Shown: in pieces, positions 24,206 through 32,000 of the stretch
Layout: each line of letters starts with the position of its first letter
Position numbering within the stretch: the stretch's first letter is position 1
Source of the DNA: Deinococcus sp. LM3
Lineage (GTDB): Bacteria; Deinococcota; Deinococci; Deinococcales; Deinococcaceae
Assembly: GCF_002017875.1 (NCBI RefSeq)
Contig: NZ_MUFV01000005.1
Coordinates: 75,437-107,436 of the forward strand
Direction: 5' to 3'
DNA length: 32,000 nt
The notes under the pieces: model-generated
The model's database searches: none
Told to the model about the DNA's origin: nothing
What the model saw: only the letters and a program-made list of their open reading frames with translations
Translations under genes and position numbers: made by a program

Positions 24206-27200
24206 AGCGCTTCCTGCCGGTACAACACAGTGCGCAAGGTTAGGTGCTCCGGATCAAACACGCGTCCCTGCTGCTGCAGCCCAGCCCTTGCAAAGGCGCG
24301 CACCAGTTGGTCACTGAGGTGGCCCTGATGCTCGTGCAGGACGAACCCTCCATGAGTGTCGGCCAGACGAACGACCTCCGCCACATCCAGATCCTCACCG
24401 CGAACGGTGATGGGCGCGGTCAGCACCTCGTGAGCGCGTTTAAGCAGCGTCCGCGACACGTTGTGGCGGGTTACGTCGATGTGGCCTTGGTCGCAGGACC
24501 CTGCCAAGCAAGCCGGGCAGGCATCCACGCAGGTAGACAGCGACCAACTTTCCACCTGGGCAAGGAAGCGGTCGTCGGCCGTCATCTCCTCCTCGCCCTC
24601 CTCTTCAACCAACACCTGTTGGAAATGCGTGCGGTACACCTGCAAGAGCCGCTTCAGGTGAGGTAGGTTCCGGTCCTCTTTCAAAAGGGTCAGGGCGTAC
24701 CCGGCGAGTTCCTGCGGCAAAGGCGTCCGGTGGAACCGGGCACTGAGCTCCGACTCCAGATCCAGCAGTTCCAGCAGCACATCGAGGTGCGCAAAGCGTT
24801 CCCCATTTACGTGCACCTCAGAGGTCAGCACGGTCGCCAGGTGCATCAGTTCAGGACTGTCGTCCCGCAACAGGCCGTCTGTCGCTTGAACCAGTGCGCG
24901 GCGCAGTCCGTCATCTTTCCGTTCGTGCGCGGGCAAGGCCAGCAACACCTGCACCTCGTGCGCAATGGGGGTGCGACGATTCGGTGCGAGCACTGCTTTA
25001 ACGAACTGCTGCTCTTCCGCCACGGGGCACTCGAGGGTATAGCGCCACCAAGCGGTGACGTGATGGCCTGTGCGCTCGCCTGCGGGATGTTCACCCATGA
25101 CCCGCGCGGCTGCGCGGGTGCTGCCCGCGCCATCCTGATTTCGCTCGTACACGTAGAACGCATGGTCCTGAGGGTCGTGTCCATGCGTGATATGCAACTG
25201 TGTGCCGGAGCCAATCTGGTGATGGTCGGCGCTGCCCTGCATCATAAACATGTTCCGTACCGCGTGCTTCAGCGAGTGAACGAGCGTGTCACGGACGTAC
25301 GCACTGACCTGCGCTTTGTTCTGAATGCGGGCGAACAACCGCCGCAGTTTCTCGTACGCCCGGTCGTCTTGCCACGTGACCCTGGCCTGCTCCAGGAAGT
25401 CCGGGTGGAGCGTGCGGTGGTCTGCCCAGTACCGCTGCGCGCCCCGCACCAGTGTCTGCCACCCGTCAGGATCCCGCAGAGCTGCTAGGAATTCCGGCCC
25501 GCTTTGCCCCTGCGCCCGTGCTTCTGCACGCATGGTGCACAACACGTCCGCCATCCGGCGTTGCGTGAAGGTGTTCAAGCCGTCTTCGACGCCTTCTGCC
25601 CACGGCTCACTTTTAAGGAGGTAGCGCAAGAACTGGTCCTGCAAATGCACTTGCGTGCGGACGTCGGCCCACTGCTGCTGCGCGATTGCCTGCACCGCCT
25701 GACTGAGTACCTGCGGATCGTACGGCACGCGAAGCCCTTCGGTGCATAAGTCGTACCCGTACAGTAGCGGCTCGCCGTCATGCTCACTCACGTACCGCAC
25801 CAGGTTGTGACCCCGGCCCGCCTGCGGGTCTTCACCTTGAGGGTGGCGTTTGTGTAACACAATCGTCGCTTCCGCCCCGTACTGCACTTCCCATGCAGCC
25901 AAACGCGAGCGCTGCCCGTCCTGCTCGCCGTAGTAATACTCCAGTGGTTGCACCAGGCTGCCGAACAAGGGCGGCACCGGGACGCGCAACCTCGCCTCAC
26001 CTAACGGGTGCACGGCCGAGAAAGACAACGGATAACTGTTGCTGTCAGGGGACACCACCCGCCATCCGTCCTCGAGCAGGGCTTGTTGAGCCTGTGCGGT
26101 AGCCTCTTCCCTCAACTGCCTCAACTCCACACTGCCGTCCGGACGTTTCCGGCCGTACGCCTGGGCCCCTTGCACTGGTGATTTGGGGTTGTTGGGGTCG
26201 AGCCGGCCAAATGACCACAACTCCAGATACCGCAGGCGGTAAAACCGCTTTGGCATCTCCCCATACAGGCGACGCACGCCAAGGGGCATGTACTGCTCGA
26301 AGGCGTCTCCCAGGCCACTGGCGGTTGGAAGGTCTTTGATCAGGGCCGGCTTGAATGGTCCATATCCTCCCCCTTCCCGTTTCTTATATCGCTCCATCGC
26401 CATGGCGTTTTGTACGATCACACCGTTGACCCGTACGGTCGGGGACCGCCAGTGCAGCAGGTGCGACGTGCCGTACCGCCTGGTGACGCGCCCAGCACCA
26501 AATTCGCTGAATGTGAGGGCAACGTCCTCCTTGACAAAGTTCCAGTCCATATCTGCCCTTGGCGGAGGCACCATCACCTGCACGACCGGCAGGTTGACAC
26601 TGCTGAACAGGTTCTCCGGGATGTCCGGGCACAGTTGCAGCAGACTTACTGGCCGGGTTCGAGTGGGCCGGTCTGCCCGGTGACGCACCTCCGGATCCAG
26701 CAGGGTCGCCTGGAACCACTCCCACAACGCTTGCCACGTACGGTACCCCTCCTGCTGCCGTAAGGTCGCTGCAATTACCCGTTCGTATCCATTCGTGATG
26801 AAGGGGTAGCGGGCGTCCAGGCGGGTCAACTCGCCAAAAATGGCGTCCAGGTGGTTCTGCAGCGGTGTGCCGACTGGCAGGGCATACCAGAGCCGGCCCG
26901 TCCGCTGGGTCAGTTCATCAAAGAGCAGGGCCACCGCATGGAAACGCTGAATAAAGTCATTCTCCGGATTCAGCGCTGGTTCGTAATCGGCCGGATCGGT
27001 GAGGGCTTCAGGATTTTGGAAGTAAAATGCGTCGCGGTAACTGCTGCGACTGAGCGTCACGGCTGTAATCGGCCGGTCGCTCAGATCCCGGCCTGCCCGG
27101 CCCTTTTTCTGAACAAACGAAGCGATGTTACTCGGGGCATGATGCTGCATGACGAACTGGATACTGGGGTCGTCATAACCTACCTCCAGACTGGTTGTGG

Positions 27201-29538
27201 CAAAGATGATGTCGCGGTTGAGCACCCGGCCGTCTTGGCCACCGCCGCTGAACACTGGATGGTCTGCCGAGGTTAGTGCCGTTGGCGCGGCGCCCACCCG
27301 AGTACGGCCTTCGTTGAACTGATGTGGATCCTGCGCTTCAAAGTACCAGTACTCCCCGTCCCGGAAAGCGGCACTGGCCTGCACGTCACCGGCAGGGGTC
27401 CTGAGACGAAGTGCTGCCAGATTCAACCGGCTCTCCGCGTCTCGGAACTCCACTGTCAGCTTCTTCAATTTCGAGATGCTGTCCTGGAAGATCAAGGTCC
27501 GGTGCTTGGCCGGCGTCTGTCCCTCGGCCGGACGGCGCACCATGTTGTGCGCGATGGTCATGATGGTCTGAATAGCCGCTGACGCGTCTCCAATCACTTT
27601 GCCGCGCGAGAACGATTCCGGACGAATAAACAGAAAGTAGTCGCGGCCCTGCGCAGGATCGTAATCCTCCGGTTGCGGTTCGATGGCGCTCACGCGGTAT
27701 TCCGGCACCCCGGTCAGCTTCGACCAGAACTGGCCAGGGCGACCAATCGTTGCACTCATACCGATCAGCAGGGGCGTCCTCCAGGTGGTAGCCTCATCCG
27801 CCGTGCCGCGGGCATAGCCGTACATGGCATTGTCAATTCGGTATTTCAGTCGGCGCAGCAAAGCCGCGATCTGCGATCCATGAATACCGCTGTACAGGTG
27901 AATTTCGTCCATTACGACTGCGCGCGGCGGGTGAAACGCCGGCCGCTCAGACCACTGGCGCGGCAATCCGAACACGCCTAACGCTTTCGGGTCCATCATC
28001 CAGCGGTGCAGCATCTCCGTCGTGATGATCAGTAGGTCAGGCGGCGCCTGCAGCACTGACTCCCGGGTGGCCTGGAACGTGTCGAGTTGCCAGCCCCCCA
28101 CGTCGAACCCTCCGTCTGAGGTCAAGGTGGCGCGGCCATCGGCCTGCACCTGCGCCAGCACTGGGGAACCGCCTGAGCCTGTGAAGTACGGCACCACATG
28201 CCGTTGCCCGTCCTCACTTCGGTCCCAGTGCCACTTGCGCTCGTTGTTCGGACCGCTGCCCTGCAGATCTCCCAGGGTCCCCGGCGTGTTGCCGAACACC
28301 ATTCCCACACTCAATGGCCGCAGGCCCAGGCCCTGGCCGGCCGGTCCGCGCATGGCACGATTGACGTGCGCCACATACTCACACAAGCGCTCCAACTGGT
28401 TCTTGGCGAGGTTCTGACGGGGGTAGACCAGCATGACTTTGACGCCCCGACGGTCATCCCGGATGATTTCCTCCAGCAGACCCGTGAGCAAGGGCAGCAG
28501 GGCCGCCTCCGTCTTGCCACTGCCGGTGTTTCCCGTGATGACGAACGCCCCACCGGTCTGCGTGAAGTAAGCGTCGGTCAGTTCCGTGAAGCTGCGCGCC
28601 TGAACGTTCGTGACGTCCACCTGGTCCAGAGGACGCCCCAGCGCACTCGAAAAGCCTTCCCCCAGCAGGCGTGTGGCTGCCCGCACCTTCCGTCCACGGT
28701 GGGTGCCCTGCACTCCGTCCAGCACCTCGCGGAAGCGCGTCTCCCGCCGGAGCCGTTCGCGGTCCTTAAACCGCACGCGCAGGCTCTGCACCAGATAAGG
28801 GGCTTGCGCTTCGTCCCCGTCCCGGAAGCGCTGCTTCACATTCTTCAGCAGGCGCACCATTTCACTGATGCGCGACCGGTATAGTCCGCTCCTGGGTTCT
28901 ACCACGTACCGTTTGGCCACTAGGGAGGCCAGCAGGCCTGGAATCGCCGAATCACCCAACTGGGCCCGCACTTCCTCACTCTGAGCTACCTCCTGAGCGG
29001 TGGTATACGTCTCATAAAGCCCAAAATTGATGCGCCGCTCCTCGATATTTTCCAGTGCGTTCAGCACCCTCACTTCATCAGCGGTCAACCCTTTCCCGGA
29101 TGCGCCCGTGGCGGGCACCTCCTCCCCTAAGGCCTGAACCTGCCGTACTCCCGGAGCCGCGGTGGAGGGAGCCGCCCCAGCGCCCAACCGCACTTCCCCT
29201 TTGGCTTCGTGGATCTGCCCTGAGGCGTGCAGAGGAAGCAGGACCGCCAGGAGAGCGTCCCGGGTATACACCCGGTCAAGGAGGCCACGGTTCACCGGAA
29301 GCAGGGTGAGGACGTTCGCTTCATTGAGTTTCAGGCGGACACTCGGAGAGAAGCCCTTCAACGTCTTCTGGTCATACCCTTCTAACAGCGGATCATCCGC
29401 CAGTTCAGTTCGCAAAGCGTGTACAGCAAGACCAGTTAATCTCGCCGCCTCAGACAGGAAAATCGAGCGGAACTTGGCGTCCCGGATGGCAGTAGCAAGC
29501 ATGTGACGAGACGCATCAGTAAGCACAAAAGACCTCAA
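24202..29538 (-). CDS. Giant DExH-box SF2 helicase fused to a C-terminal DUF1998/MrfA-type Zn-binding module (resembles a DrmA+DrmB fusion)
   Basis: 1778 aa. Helicase motifs ITGNTGSGKTEAALLPLL (I), VVMDEIHLY (II), GMSATIG (III), TTSLEVGYDD (V) and QKKGRAGRD (VI). The C-terminal region carries HSLKHAVRNMF...YVYERNQDGAGSTR and CVDACPACLAGSCDQGH. The exact start is uncertain (TTG at 29538, or an internal GTG or ATG). Confidence 0.8.
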   Translation of the reverse strand: MRSFVLTDASRHMLATAIRDAKFRSIFLSEAARLTGLAVHALRTELADDPLLEGYDQKTLKGFSPSVRLKLNEANVLTLLPVNRGLLDRVYTRDALLAVLLPLHASGQIHEAKGEVRLGAGAAPSTAAPGVRQVQALGEEVPATGASGKGLTADEVRVLNALENIEERRINFGLYETYTTAQEVAQSEEVRAQLGDSAIPGLLASLVAKRYVVEPRSGLYRSRISEMVRLLKNVKQRFRDGDEAQAPYLVQSLRVRFKDRERLRRETRFREVLDGVQGTHRGRKVRAATRLLGEGFSSALGRPLDQVDVTNVQARSFTELTDAYFTQTGGAFVITGNTGSGKTEAALLPLLTGLLEEIIRDDRRGVKVMLVYPRQNLAKNQLERLCEYVAHVNRAMRGPAGQGLGLRPLSVGMVFGNTPGTLGDLQGSGPNNERKWHWDRSEDGQRHVVPYFTGSGGSPVLAQVQADGRATLTSDGGFDVGGWQLDTFQATRESVLQAPPDLLIITTEMLHRWMMDPKALGVFGLPRQWSERPAFHPPRAVVMDEIHLYSGIHGSQIAALLRRLKYRIDNAMYGYARGTADEATTWRTPLLIGMSATIGRPGQFWSKLTGVPEYRVSAIEPQPEDYDPAQGRDYFLFIRPESFSRGKVIGDASAAIQTIMTIAHNMVRRPAEGQTPAKHRTLIFQDSISKLKKLTVEFRDAESRLNLAALRLRTPAGDVQASAAFRDGEYWYFEAQDPHQFNEGRTRVGAAPTALTSADHPVFSGGGQDGRVLNRDIIFATTSLEVGYDDPSIQFVMQHHAPSNIASFVQKKGRAGRDLSDRPITAVTLSRSSYRDAFYFQNPEALTDPADYEPALNPENDFIQRFHAVALLFDELTQRTGRLWYALPVGTPLQNHLDAIFGELTRLDARYPFITNGYERVIAATLRQQEGYRTWQALWEWFQATLLDPEVRHRADRPTRTRPVSLLQLCPDIPENLFSSVNLPVVQVMVPPPRADMDWNFVKEDVALTFSEFGAGRVTRRYGTSHLLHWRSPTVRVNGVIVQNAMAMERYKKREGGGYGPFKPALIKDLPTASGLGDAFEQYMPLGVRRLYGEMPKRFYRLRYLELWSFGRLDPNNPKSPVQGAQAYGRKRPDGSVELRQLREEATAQAQQALLEDGWRVVSPDSNSYPLSFSAVHPLGEARLRVPVPPLFGSLVQPLEYYYGEQDGQRSRLAAWEVQYGAEATIVLHKRHPQGEDPQAGRGHNLVRYVSEHDGEPLLYGYDLCTEGLRVPYDPQVLSQAVQAIAQQQWADVRTQVHLQDQFLRYLLKSEPWAEGVEDGLNTFTQRRMADVLCTMRAEARAQGQSGPEFLAALRDPDGWQTLVRGAQRYWADHRTLHPDFLEQARVTWQDDRAYEKLRRLFARIQNKAQVSAYVRDTLVHSLKHAVRNMFMMQGSADHHQIGSGTQLHITHGHDPQDHAFYVYERNQDGAGSTRAAARVMGEHPAGERTGHHVTAWWRYTLECPVAEEQQFVKAVLAPNRRTPIAHEVQVLLALPAHERKDDGLRRALVQATDGLLRDDSPELMHLATVLTSEVHVNGERFAHLDVLLELLDLESELSARFHRTPLPQELAGYALTLLKEDRNLPHLKRLLQVYRTHFQQVLVEEEGEEEMTADDRFLAQVESWSLSTCVDACPACLAGSCDQGHIDVTRHNVSRTLLKRAHEVLTAPITVRGEDLDVAEVVRLADTHGGFVLHEHQGHLSDQLVRAFARAGLQQQGRVFDPEHLTLRTVLYRQEAL

Positions 29539-29575
29539 CAGCGAAAGAAATGAGTGAGAACGGCAGCTTCGCGGT

Positions 29576-30280
29576 TTATTGCAGGCGAACCGTGAAGGCT
29601 GGCAGGAACCCGTGCTCCTGAAGCCAAGCCCACACCTCTGGGGTGAGGGCCGCGAGGTTGGCCTGGCCTTGAACCACGGCCTGTAAAAACGTCACCACGC
29701 CGGGCGGCAGGTGGGTGCCCACCAGGTCGGCTCCCAACCGGTCATACTCTGTAGCCAAGCCTTTGGCTTTGTGCGCCTGTTCCGCTGTGACCGGGAAAGT
29801 GCGCCGGAGTTGATCGTGCAGTTGGTACACCTGCCGCAGGGCGCTCGCCGCCGGCGCCAGGCCCGCCTGGCGCTCAAATACCGCCAGGACTGGCGCCGGT
29901 ACCGGCGGTTCGATGCTGGCGAGGTAGGTCTCCCAGGCCTCGCGGGCCGCGAAGGTCAAGTCGTCACTGGCCTTCTTGACGTTCCGCAGGGCCACCGAAA
30001 AATCGTTCTTAATCAGCGTTCCTGCGTCGACCTGCGCGCCTCTATGAACGAAAGCCACATTCCGCAACGCCGCGTCAACACTGGCTGGTAACGCCTCATT
30101 CGCCACCAGGCCGGCGGCCCGGAGCGTGCTCCACGCGAGTGAAGCGCCCTGCACCTGCCCCTTGACCGCCTGGAGTTGCTCCTGACGCGTCGTGTATTGC
30201 CGGATGCTCTCCTGCACGTCCGTGAGCTTGTGCAGGTCTTCGGCACTTTCCTTGAGCGCCTGGGCACGTTCCAACATCAT
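29576..30280 (-). CDS. Hypothetical protein (234 aa)
   Basis: Its ATG overlaps the stop of the upstream gene (ATGA at 30277-30280). It is helical and Ala/Leu-rich, with no motif recognised. Confidence 0.55.
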   Translation of the reverse strand: MMLERAQALKESAEDLHKLTDVQESIRQYTTRQEQLQAVKGQVQGASLAWSTLRAAGLVANEALPASVDAALRNVAFVHRGAQVDAGTLIKNDFSVALRNVKKASDDLTFAAREAWETYLASIEPPVPAPVLAVFERQAGLAPAASALRQVYQLHDQLRRTFPVTAEQAHKAKGLATEYDRLGADLVGTHLPPGVVTFLQAVVQGQANLAALTPEVWAWLQEHGFLPAFTVRLQ

Positions 30281-32000
30281 GCGGGTTCTCCTTGGGTTTG
30301 AACGCCCGACAAGGTCTCTTCGATGGACCGCAGGTCTTTCAATAAGATCTGCGCCACTTGAACCGCGCTGGCGTCCGGGGTGGCGATGGACGCGCGCTGA
30401 CGGGCGTACCGCAGGCTGTCATCCAGGACCTGGTTCAACTGCTTGACCACCTCTTCACTGCGCGCCGCGTCAGCCCAGGCAAAACTGGCCGCCGTGGTAA
30501 GGCGCCGCTCCAGGTCGGCGGCGTCGACGAGGCGCCGCGCGGCCTTGAGCAGACTGAGCAGGGGCAGGCGGTTAAACTGGCGCAGCAGTTGTGCCACCCC
30601 TTCTGGCGCCATGCTGCGCGGCAGTTGCAGCACGCCCGCTTCGCCCGCCGCGCGGAACGCTTCGTTCAAGGCAACAGCCGTCTCACTCAGTTGGTCGGCG
30701 CTGCCCAGGATCGATAGCACCTCCTGTTGCCAGCGGTCCGCTTCTTGCTGCGCCGAGACGCTGGCCGCCCGCCAGGCTTCAAACAGAGTGTTCCGGTCCT
30801 CGGCCAGGCCCAGCCGGTCATGCTCGGGAGGCTGCGCCCGAACAGCCGCCTGTTTTGCCGTGCTTTCAATCTGTTGTAGCAGCAGGGCCGCGTTGACCAG
30901 CCGCGCGGCGCCCCCTTTGCGGACGCCAGCAAATACCAGCAGTTGCCGGGCGGCTTTCGGATGCAGTCGGCGCACCTGTTCAAGTTGACGGCGCCAATCC
31001 AATGGCGCTTCAGCCGGCACTTCCGGCACAGTCTGCAGCATCGCGCCTATGACCCTCGGGTCTCGGTCTCCCACTTTGATGCGGCCAAGCGCGACGGCGC
31101 TCCAGTACAGCGTTTCGACGGCCACTGGCAGCACCGACGGGCGCGGACCAGTGGGGGACAATTCCACCCGGACGTACTGCGTCCACAGTTCCACTGCTTC
31201 CCGGAATCGCCACGCTGCATCGGGAATCTCGCTCGGCCACCGTCCCGTCTCCTTGAAGGTGTAATACGCACCCAGCGCCACCGCCACGTCCACCGGGCTC
31301 TGGCCTGGCAGGGGCAGGTTGAGCCGAACCGCTTCACGGCCCAGATTGAAGTTGTTCGTCTGCCCTTCGAAATAGATGCTCTCGGCAGACCACACACCAT
31401 CGTCTTTCAGCGCAACCTCATGCAGGTTCTCCGCTTCGAAAACGGCAAAATCACTGATTGCCTCATGAGCGAGTCGGCGCAGCTCCCGGGTGTGGGTTTG
31501 CGTAAGCGGCCGTCCACTCGCCCAGTTCTGCAGCGCCTGCAACAACGCAGGTGTGGCCGCTTTCTTTCGCTTTTTGTCGTCCGGGTCATCGGGCGTTCCT
31601 ATAAGCGGGCCGTCAAGCAGTGGCGGCGCCTCCCCTACCTGGGGAATCTGGAATGCGGCGTGCAGGCCTTCGGGTAGATTCTGCAACCGGGGCGGCACAG
31701 GACCCCACAGCCGCATCACCGCTTCGATACGGTCGGCTTCCTCGGCGTCGATTTGCAACTCTTCCAGGCGGGCTTTGTCGCCCAGAGGCAGTGACGCTAC
31801 GGTGACAGCCTTGCCATAGGTGTCTTGCACAGCCGGTGAAGGGAAGGCCGCATCTGGCAGTCGCTCCTGGGCGTCGCGCAACACATCACGCATGCCGCGC
31901 AGGAGGCCGCGGGGATTGAAGCCTTCCGGATTTTCGTGGTCCCCCACGATGTCAATCAGCCGGTTGTTAAACGGATACAGGCCTACCGGTCCCTCAGTTC
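30277..32000 (-). CDS. Hypothetical large protein; the 5' end runs off the right window edge
   Basis: The track starts it at the GTG at 31947. However, the same frame stays open to base 32000 (...TEGPVGLYPFNNRLIDIVGDHENPEGF...), so the true start is probably outside the window. No catalytic motif lies in the visible 574 codons. Confidence 0.6.
   Translation of the reverse strand, partial: TEGPVGLYPFNNRLIDIVGDHENPEGFNPRGLLRGMRDVLRDAQERLPDAAFPSPAVQDTYGKAVTVASLPLGDKARLEELQIDAEEADRIEAVMRLWGPVPPRLQNLPEGLHAAFQIPQVGEAPPLLDGPLIGTPDDPDDKKRKKAATPALLQALQNWASGRPLTQTHTRELRRLAHEAISDFAVFEAENLHEVALKDDGVWSAESIYFEGQTNNFNLGREAVRLNLPLPGQSPVDVAVALGAYYTFKETGRWPSEIPDAAWRFREAVELWTQYVRVELSPTGPRPSVLPVAVETLYWSAVALGRIKVGDRDPRVIGAMLQTVPEVPAEAPLDWRRQLEQVRRLHPKAARQLLVFAGVRKGGAARLVNAALLLQQIESTAKQAAVRAQPPEHDRLGLAEDRNTLFEAWRAASVSAQQEADRWQQEVLSILGSADQLSETAVALNEAFRAAGEAGVLQLPRSMAPEGVAQLLRQFNRLPLLSLLKAARRLVDAADLERRLTTAASFAWADAARSEEVVKQLNQVLDDSLRYARQRASIATPDASAVQVAQILLKDLRSIEETLSGVQTQGEPA

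Noticed and set aside
24244-29506. Numerous 60-250-aa ORFs on both strands within the giant helicase gene (for example 24730..25488+, 28198..28884+ and 24846..25214-)
   Set aside because: They are shadow frames of a 5.3-kb ORF with complete helicase motifs. None has a recognisable motif or an SD.
1-32000. CRISPR arrays, tRNA, rRNA and tmRNA genes
   Set aside because: I found no regularly spaced short direct repeats with unique spacers, and no cloverleaf-like or rRNA-like segments while reading through the intergenic regions. The only tandem repeats are the 385-bp pair and the 23-bp-phased array inside rep.

Overview
This is a high-GC, plasmid-like accessory region. The composition and a small MITE-like repeat suggest a Deinococcus-type replicon, but I cannot verify the organism. 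No rRNA, tRNA or CRISPR array was seen.

Left part (1-8.4 kb): plasmid housekeeping.
- Two hypothetical genes. One runs off the left edge and is absent from the ORF track.
- A Rep-like winged-helix gene with 23-bp-phased, iteron-like repeats embedded in its coding sequence.
- A 2 x 385-bp tandem duplication.
- An AbiEi/AbiEii-like toxin-antitoxin pair with a 31-bp palindromic operator.
- A parA plus small partner partition cassette.

Middle part (8.5-19.7 kb): the main point of interest, a 7-deazaguanine (preQ0-type) island.
- queD, queE, queC and a YhhQ-type precursor transporter sit with three separate TGT/DpdA-like transglycosylase paralogs.
- One paralog is fused to a YaaA/DUF328- or DUF6884-like N-terminal domain and starts 2 nt after the queC stop.
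- Another paralog heads a lower-GC operon with a 262-aa unknown and a ~970-aa P-loop NTPase.
- That operon lies divergent from an 82-aa XRE regulator, across a perfect 36-bp AT-rich palindrome.
- No queF, folE or ParB-like DpdB was recognised.

Right part (20.7-32 kb): a tightly coupled minus-strand operon that looks like the restriction or effector half.
- Two unknowns; the first runs off the right edge.
- A 1778-aa DExH helicase with a C-terminal DUF1998/MrfA-type Zn module, resembling a DISARM DrmA+DrmB fusion.
- A single-HKD PLD nuclease (DrmC/DpdK-like).
- A UvrD-like helicase with a RelE/ParE-like N-terminus, then a 196-aa unknown.
- No methyltransferase is present.

A degraded IS5-family transposase remnant and one copy of a 134-bp MITE-like repeat separate the two halves. 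The other, inverted copy of that repeat lies at 2 kb.

My reading is a Dpd-like deazaguanine modification module paired with a DISARM-like effector module in a non-canonical gene arrangement. All family assignments come from motifs read by eye and need HMM or structure confirmation.
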